Shown here: positions 7,264-10,387 of the stretch, piece after piece
Layout of the letters: every line of letters begins with the position of its first letter
Numbering within the stretch: position 1 is the first letter of the stretch
Assembly: GCF_012571345.1 (NCBI RefSeq)
Contig: NZ_CP046218.1
Location: forward strand, 55,169 to 65,555
Direction of reading: 5' to 3'
Source: Candidatus Saccharimonadota bacterium
GTDB taxonomy: Bacteria > Pseudomonadota > Gammaproteobacteria > Enterobacterales > Enterobacteriaceae
DNA: 10,387 nucleotides
Translations under genes and position numbers: made by a program
Notes under the pieces: generated by a model
Databases searched by the model: none
Seen by the model: only the letters and a program-made list of their open reading frames with translations
What the model was told of the DNA's origin: nothing

Positions 7264-8466
7264 TTATATATTACATAATTTTGCAGTATTTTGTGCAATA
7301 ATTAATTCTTCATTTGTAGGAATAACTACTATAGGTATACTATTATTTATTTGATGTATCATGCCTATTTCACCCAAAATAGTTTTTTTATTTAATATTG
7401 GATTTATTTGCATATTTAATATTTTTAATTTTTTAATTGTTTTATCTCTTATTAAAACACTATTTTCACCAATACCACCTGTAAATACTAAAGCATGAAT
7501 TTTATTTTTTAGTAAAATACTATAGGATGCTATGTATTTAGATAAATTTTGTATAAAAATATCTATGGATATTTTTATTTGTTTGTTATTATAATATTGT
7601 TTTTCAAGATATCTAAAATCACTTGTTAATTCACTAAGTCCTAACATGCCGGATTCATTCATTAAAATATTACTAATATCATCTATATTCATATTCAATT
7701 GTTTATACATATAAAAAATAATAGCAGGATCAATATTGCCGCATCTAGTTCCCATAGTTAAACCTTCTAATGGTGTTAAACCCATAGAAGTATCTATACT
7801 TTTACCTTGATATATTGCAGTAATTGAAGATCCATTACCTAGATGGCATGTAATACCATTAAATTTTTTTAACGGTATTTTTAATAAACGAGATACTTGT
7901 TGTGTGACAAATTGATGACTAATACCATGTGCGCCATATCTTCTAATCTTATATTTTGTATAAAATTTTAAAGGTATAGCATACAGATAAGATTTTTTAG
8001 GCATGGTTTGGTGAAAAGATGTATCAAATACTGCTACTTGTTTATTTTGTAAATGTGGTAATAATTTAATAATACTTTTAATGCCTATTAATTGTATTGG
8101 ATTATGTAAAGGAGCAAAAATAGCTGCTTGTTGTATTGCTTGCATAACATTATTATTAATAATAACTGGATGTAAAAATTTTTCTCCTCCATGAACAATG
8201 CGATGTCCTACTGCTTGTATGGTATTAAATATGTTATTATGTTGTTTAAACAATATATTATGAATTAAATACTTTAATGCTAATTCATGATCTGTATGAT
8301 CATTAAAATTTACTTTTTTTTTTTGATTATTAATCTGCCATGTTATATAAGCATGATTACAAAAATTTTCTGCGATACCATATAATATATTTTTATTTGT
8401 TATCATATTAATGATAGAAAATTTTAAAGATGAACTACCACAATTAATGACTAATATTAATTTCAT
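7264..8466 (-). CDS. ackA: acetate kinase
   Basis: The ORF is collinear with E. coli AckA (400 aa): LVINCGSSSLKF, GHRIVHGGEKF, FAPLHNP, VAVFDTSFHQTMP, RRYGAHGISH, ITCHLGNGSSI, GLTPLEGLTMGTRCGNIDPAIIF, FTGGIGENS, VIPTNEELIIAQ. The E. coli alignment (MSSKLVLVLNCG) favours the ATG at 8466 (MKLILVINCG), which has GGAAG 8 nt upstream. The track start at 8481 (MEVRVMKL...) is the alternative. Confidence 0.95.
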   Translation of the reverse strand: MKLILVINCGSSSLKFSIINMITNKNILYGIAENFCNHAYITWQINNQKKKVNFNDHTDHELALKYLIHNILFKQHNNIFNTIQAVGHRIVHGGEKFLHPVIINNNVMQAIQQAAIFAPLHNPIQLIGIKSIIKLLPHLQNKQVAVFDTSFHQTMPKKSYLYAIPLKFYTKYKIRRYGAHGISHQFVTQQVSRLLKIPLKKFNGITCHLGNGSSITAIYQGKSIDTSMGLTPLEGLTMGTRCGNIDPAIIFYMYKQLNMNIDDISNILMNESGMLGLSELTSDFRYLEKQYYNNKQIKISIDIFIQNLSKYIASYSILLKNKIHALVFTGGIGENSVLIRDKTIKKLKILNMQINPILNKKTILGEIGMIHQINNSIPIVVIPTNEELIIAQNTAKLCNI

Positions 8467-8548
8467 AACTCTTACTTCCATTTATTAAATATTTAATTTA
8501 TTAAATCTTAATTTAAAAAAATGATTATTCAATATTATACATTTAAAC

Positions 8549-8577
8549 ATTATAAAGACATTGTATTTATATAACAA
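8549..8577 (-). promoter_or_regulatory. candidate sigma70 promoter for ackA-pta
   Basis: The minus strand reads TTGTTA (8577-8572), a 17-nt spacer, then TATAAT (8554-8549), about 80 nt upstream of the ackA start. In DNA this AT-rich, TATAAT-like hexamers occur by chance every few hundred nt, so this is only a candidate. Confidence 0.25.
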
Positions 8578-8612
8578 ATTATAAATTTAATAAATTTATT
8601 TATATTTTAATA

Positions 8613-8641
8613 TATACAAATATATTTATTTCATTTATAAT
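8613..8641 (+). promoter_or_regulatory. candidate sigma70 promoter for the tRNA-Cys/tRNA-Leu unit
   Basis: TATACA (8613-8618), a 17-nt spacer, then TATAAT (8636-8641). This would put transcription initiation about 15-20 nt upstream of the mature tRNA-Cys 5' end (8665). The same chance-occurrence caveat applies. Confidence 0.3.
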
Positions 8642-8664
8642 GAAGCAGTTATAAATATTATTTT

Positions 8665-8735
8665 GGCGCATTGGCAGAATGGTGATGCAGAGGATTGCAA
8701 ATCCTTATATTACGGTTCAATTCCGTAATGCGCCT
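8665..8735 (+). tRNA. cysT: tRNA-Cys (anticodon GCA)
   Basis: Hand-folded 71-nt cloverleaf. The acceptor stem is GGCGCAT/ATGCGCC (7 bp). The D arm is 3 bp with GG in the loop. The anticodon stem is GAGGA/TCCTT with loop TT-GCA-AA. The variable loop is 4 nt and the T arm is TACGG-TTCAATT-CCGTA. The discriminator is T, as in E. coli tRNA-Cys. No CCA is encoded (the next bases are ATG). The gene is a GC island in an AT-rich spacer. Confidence 0.93.
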
Positions 8736-8756
8736 ATGGTCTTTATGATATTATGT

Positions 8757-8842
8757 GCCCAGGTGGTGGAATGGTAGACACAAGGGACTTAAAATCCCTC
8801 GACAAATGTATTGTTGTGCGGGTTCAAGTCCCGCTCTGGGTA
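8757..8842 (+). tRNA. leuZ: tRNA-Leu (anticodon UAA), class II with long variable arm
   Basis: Hand-folded 86-nt tRNA whose arms closely match E. coli leuZ. The acceptor stem is GCCCAGG/TCTGGGT (G1:U72, as in E. coli). The D arm is GTGG-AATGGTAG-ACAC. The anticodon stem is AGGGA/TCCCT with loop CT-TAA-AA. The variable arm is ACAA-ATGTA-TTGT and the T arm is GCGGG-TTCAAGT-CCCGC. The discriminator is A. No CCA is encoded (the next bases are TAA). It lies 21 nt downstream of tRNA-Cys, the same order as the E. coli glyW-cysT-leuZ operon. Confidence 0.93.
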
Positions 8843-8855
8843 TAATACATTACTT

Positions 8856-9662
8856 TTAATAGTTAATAAAAAACATTTTTATGTTATTTTTTGGACTAGG
8901 TATATAAAAGTATTTAGGATAGACAATATGTGATAAATATAATCCGTGTGGTTGTACAGTATGTGCTGCTTTTGTTCTATCTTTTAATTTGATAAGATCT
9001 GATATCCATGTTGTTGGTTGTTTACCAATACCAACATATAATAAACATCCTACAATATTTCTTACCATATGTTGTAAAAAAGCATTAGCTTTGATATCTA
9101 TAATAATATATTGCTTATTCTTTAAAACACGGCAATGTATAATTTTTCTTTTAGAATGTTTAGATTGACATTGGGAAGAACGGAAAGAAGTAAAATTATG
9201 TTCGCCAATTAAAAATTGAGCAGCTTGGTTCATTTTGTTTATATTCAGCGTATGTTTATAATGCATAACAAGTTTATTAAAAATACTTACTTTATGAGAA
9301 CAATTATAAATTATATAATGATAACAACGAAATAAAGCACTAAACCTAGCGTGAAATTTTTGATGTATAGGAATTAACCATATGAGTACTATATCATCAG
9401 GTAGTAAGCTATTAATACCAAAAAACCAAGATTTATGAGTCCTATAAGTATATGTTTCAAAATGAGCAACTTGTCCAGTACTATGTACACCAACATCGGT
9501 ACGACCACCACAAAAAACATCTACCATGTGATTAGCAATCTGTGATACTGCATTTTCTATATATTGTTGTATAGTTTGATCATTATTTTGTTGTTTTTGC
9601 CAACCATGATATTTATTACCACTGTATTCTATACCTATAGCAAATTTATATATTTTATTCAT
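8856..9662 (-). CDS. truA: tRNA pseudouridine(38-40) synthase TruA
   Basis: The 268-aa ORF is collinear with E. coli TruA (270 aa): YKFAIGIEYSGNKYHGWQKQ, FCGGRTDVGVHSTGQVAHFET (catalytic Asp in GRTD), FHARFSA, RCYHYIIYN, GEHNFTSFRS.QCQS, IDIKANAFLQHMVRNIVG, GLYLSHIVYP. Confidence 0.95.
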   Translation of the reverse strand: MNKIYKFAIGIEYSGNKYHGWQKQQNNDQTIQQYIENAVSQIANHMVDVFCGGRTDVGVHSTGQVAHFETYTYRTHKSWFFGINSLLPDDIVLIWLIPIHQKFHARFSALFRCYHYIIYNCSHKVSIFNKLVMHYKHTLNINKMNQAAQFLIGEHNFTSFRSSQCQSKHSKRKIIHCRVLKNKQYIIIDIKANAFLQHMVRNIVGCLLYVGIGKQPTTWISDLIKLKDRTKAAHTVQPHGLYLSHIVYPKYFYIPSPKNNIKMFFINY

Positions 9663-9800
9663 TATATTTATAATTTATATTTATAAGATCATTATATAAC
9701 ATTAATTATACTAATTTAAATATATATTATATAATATTTATATTTTCTTTGTTTAATTATAAAAATATAAATTACATTTACACTTTTAAAAGAGTTTTTT

Positions 9801-10387
9801 ATGAAAAAAAAAAAAATATTGTATTTTACAAAATATACTTTTATAACATTAAGTAACTTAATAAAATTTTTCTTTATAATGATATTAATAACAGGTTTAC
9901 AACATCATATATATGCAAAAAATATTTTTTCTGATAAAACAAAATTACTAACATTACATATTAGTAATACATCAGCGTCTTTATTAAGTAAAAATAACTA
10001 TTTTATTTTATTAAATAACATTATCAATATATATTATAAACCAGTTAATTTAACGAAAATAATAATTAATGATATAATGAAAGTAATCATCAATCCTTAT
10101 GATATATATCATGTTAATCATATAAACATTAATATTCATTTAATAGAATTGCCCATTAATAATAATACTATATTACATTATATTAAATTTATATTTCTTG
10201 ACAAAATAATATGTACATTTATCTTAATTAAAAACTTAATAAATATTATTATTTATAATATTAAATTTAATATTTTTATTACAAACAAATGTTTCAAACA
10301 AAATAATAGTTTTCCCTATATAAATTATGATATTAAACAGATTAACATAAAAAAAATCTATAAAAATCAAATTGATCTAATCAATCG
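9801..10387 (+). CDS. hypothetical membrane or secreted protein with an N-terminal Lys-rich segment plus a hydrophobic signal/anchor; 3' end beyond the window
   Basis: This ORF is absent from the supplied track because it has no stop in the window; I found it by hand translation. The ATG at 9801 is the first ATG after an in-frame TAA at 9768-9770, with AAGAG 6 nt upstream. The frame stays open for 195 codons to the window end: MKKKKILYFTKYTFITLSNLIKFFFIMILITGLQHHIYAKNIFSDKTKLLTLHISNTSASLL...NIHLIELPINNN...IKKIYKNQIDLIN. In DNA this AT-rich I estimate a random frame meets a stop about every 10 codons, so a 195-codon open frame is very unlikely by chance. I recognise no confident homologue. Confidence 0.6.
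   Translation, partial: MKKKKILYFTKYTFITLSNLIKFFFIMILITGLQHHIYAKNIFSDKTKLLTLHISNTSASLLSKNNYFILLNNIINIYYKPVNLTKIIINDIMKVIINPYDIYHVNHININIHLIELPINNNTILHYIKFIFLDKIICTFILIKNLINIIIYNIKFNIFITNKCFKQNNSFPYINYDIKQINIKKIYKNQIDLIN

Noticed and set aside
8482-8664. The 183-nt ackA / tRNA divergent spacer, inspected for a glyW relic, a small RNA or a small ORF.
   Set aside because: It is uniformly AT-rich, with no GC-containing stems, no tRNA-like arms and no ORF with an SD. Divergent promoter DNA explains it best (the candidate hexamers are listed as low-confidence features).
1-10387. A whole-window search for CRISPR repeats, IS/transposase or integrase genes, toxin-antitoxin pairs, restriction-modification or other defence islands, and prophage remnants.
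   Set aside because: Every ORF over 100 codons except the last is a recognisable core housekeeping orthologue with E. coli-like local synteny. I saw no direct or inverted repeats longer than about 12 nt, no repeat-spacer periodicity and no compositional island other than the two tRNAs. I therefore do not claim a novel system here.

Overview
This is an extremely AT-rich window (by eye about four-fifths A+T), gene-dense and made up only of housekeeping genes. It looks like a reduced-genome, Enterobacterales-derived obligate insect endosymbiont (Buchnera / Wigglesworthia / Blochmannia-like). I cannot assign a species from the sequence alone. In order, the window holds dapB (partial, -), ileS (-), rpsT (+), erpA (+), gpmA (+), pta (-), ackA (-), tRNA-Cys(GCA) and tRNA-Leu(UAA) (+), truA (-), and an unknown ORF with an N-terminal hydrophobic signal/anchor that runs off the right edge (+). 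The two edge ORFs (dapB and the unknown ORF) are missing from the supplied track; I found them by hand translation. I see no CRISPR array, transposase, integrase, toxin-antitoxin, restriction or other defence or mobile module, and no long repeats. I do not think this window holds a novel multi-gene system. The points worth a second look are genome-erosion effects. The ancestral rpsT/ribF-ileS-lspA-fkpB-ispH/dapB block has collapsed. A new rpsT-erpA-gpmA cluster has formed. Convergent genes sit 0 and 13 nt apart with no room for terminators. GpmA has lost its C-terminal tail. Pta keeps a conserved catalytic domain but a badly eroded regulatory N-terminal domain. Both tRNA genes lack an encoded CCA. 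In-frame homopolymers of 10-13 nt sit inside intact genes. Finally, there is one unrecognisable, possibly POTRA/FtsQ-like, membrane ORF. All homology statements come from my memory of the E. coli orthologues and need confirmation by database search.
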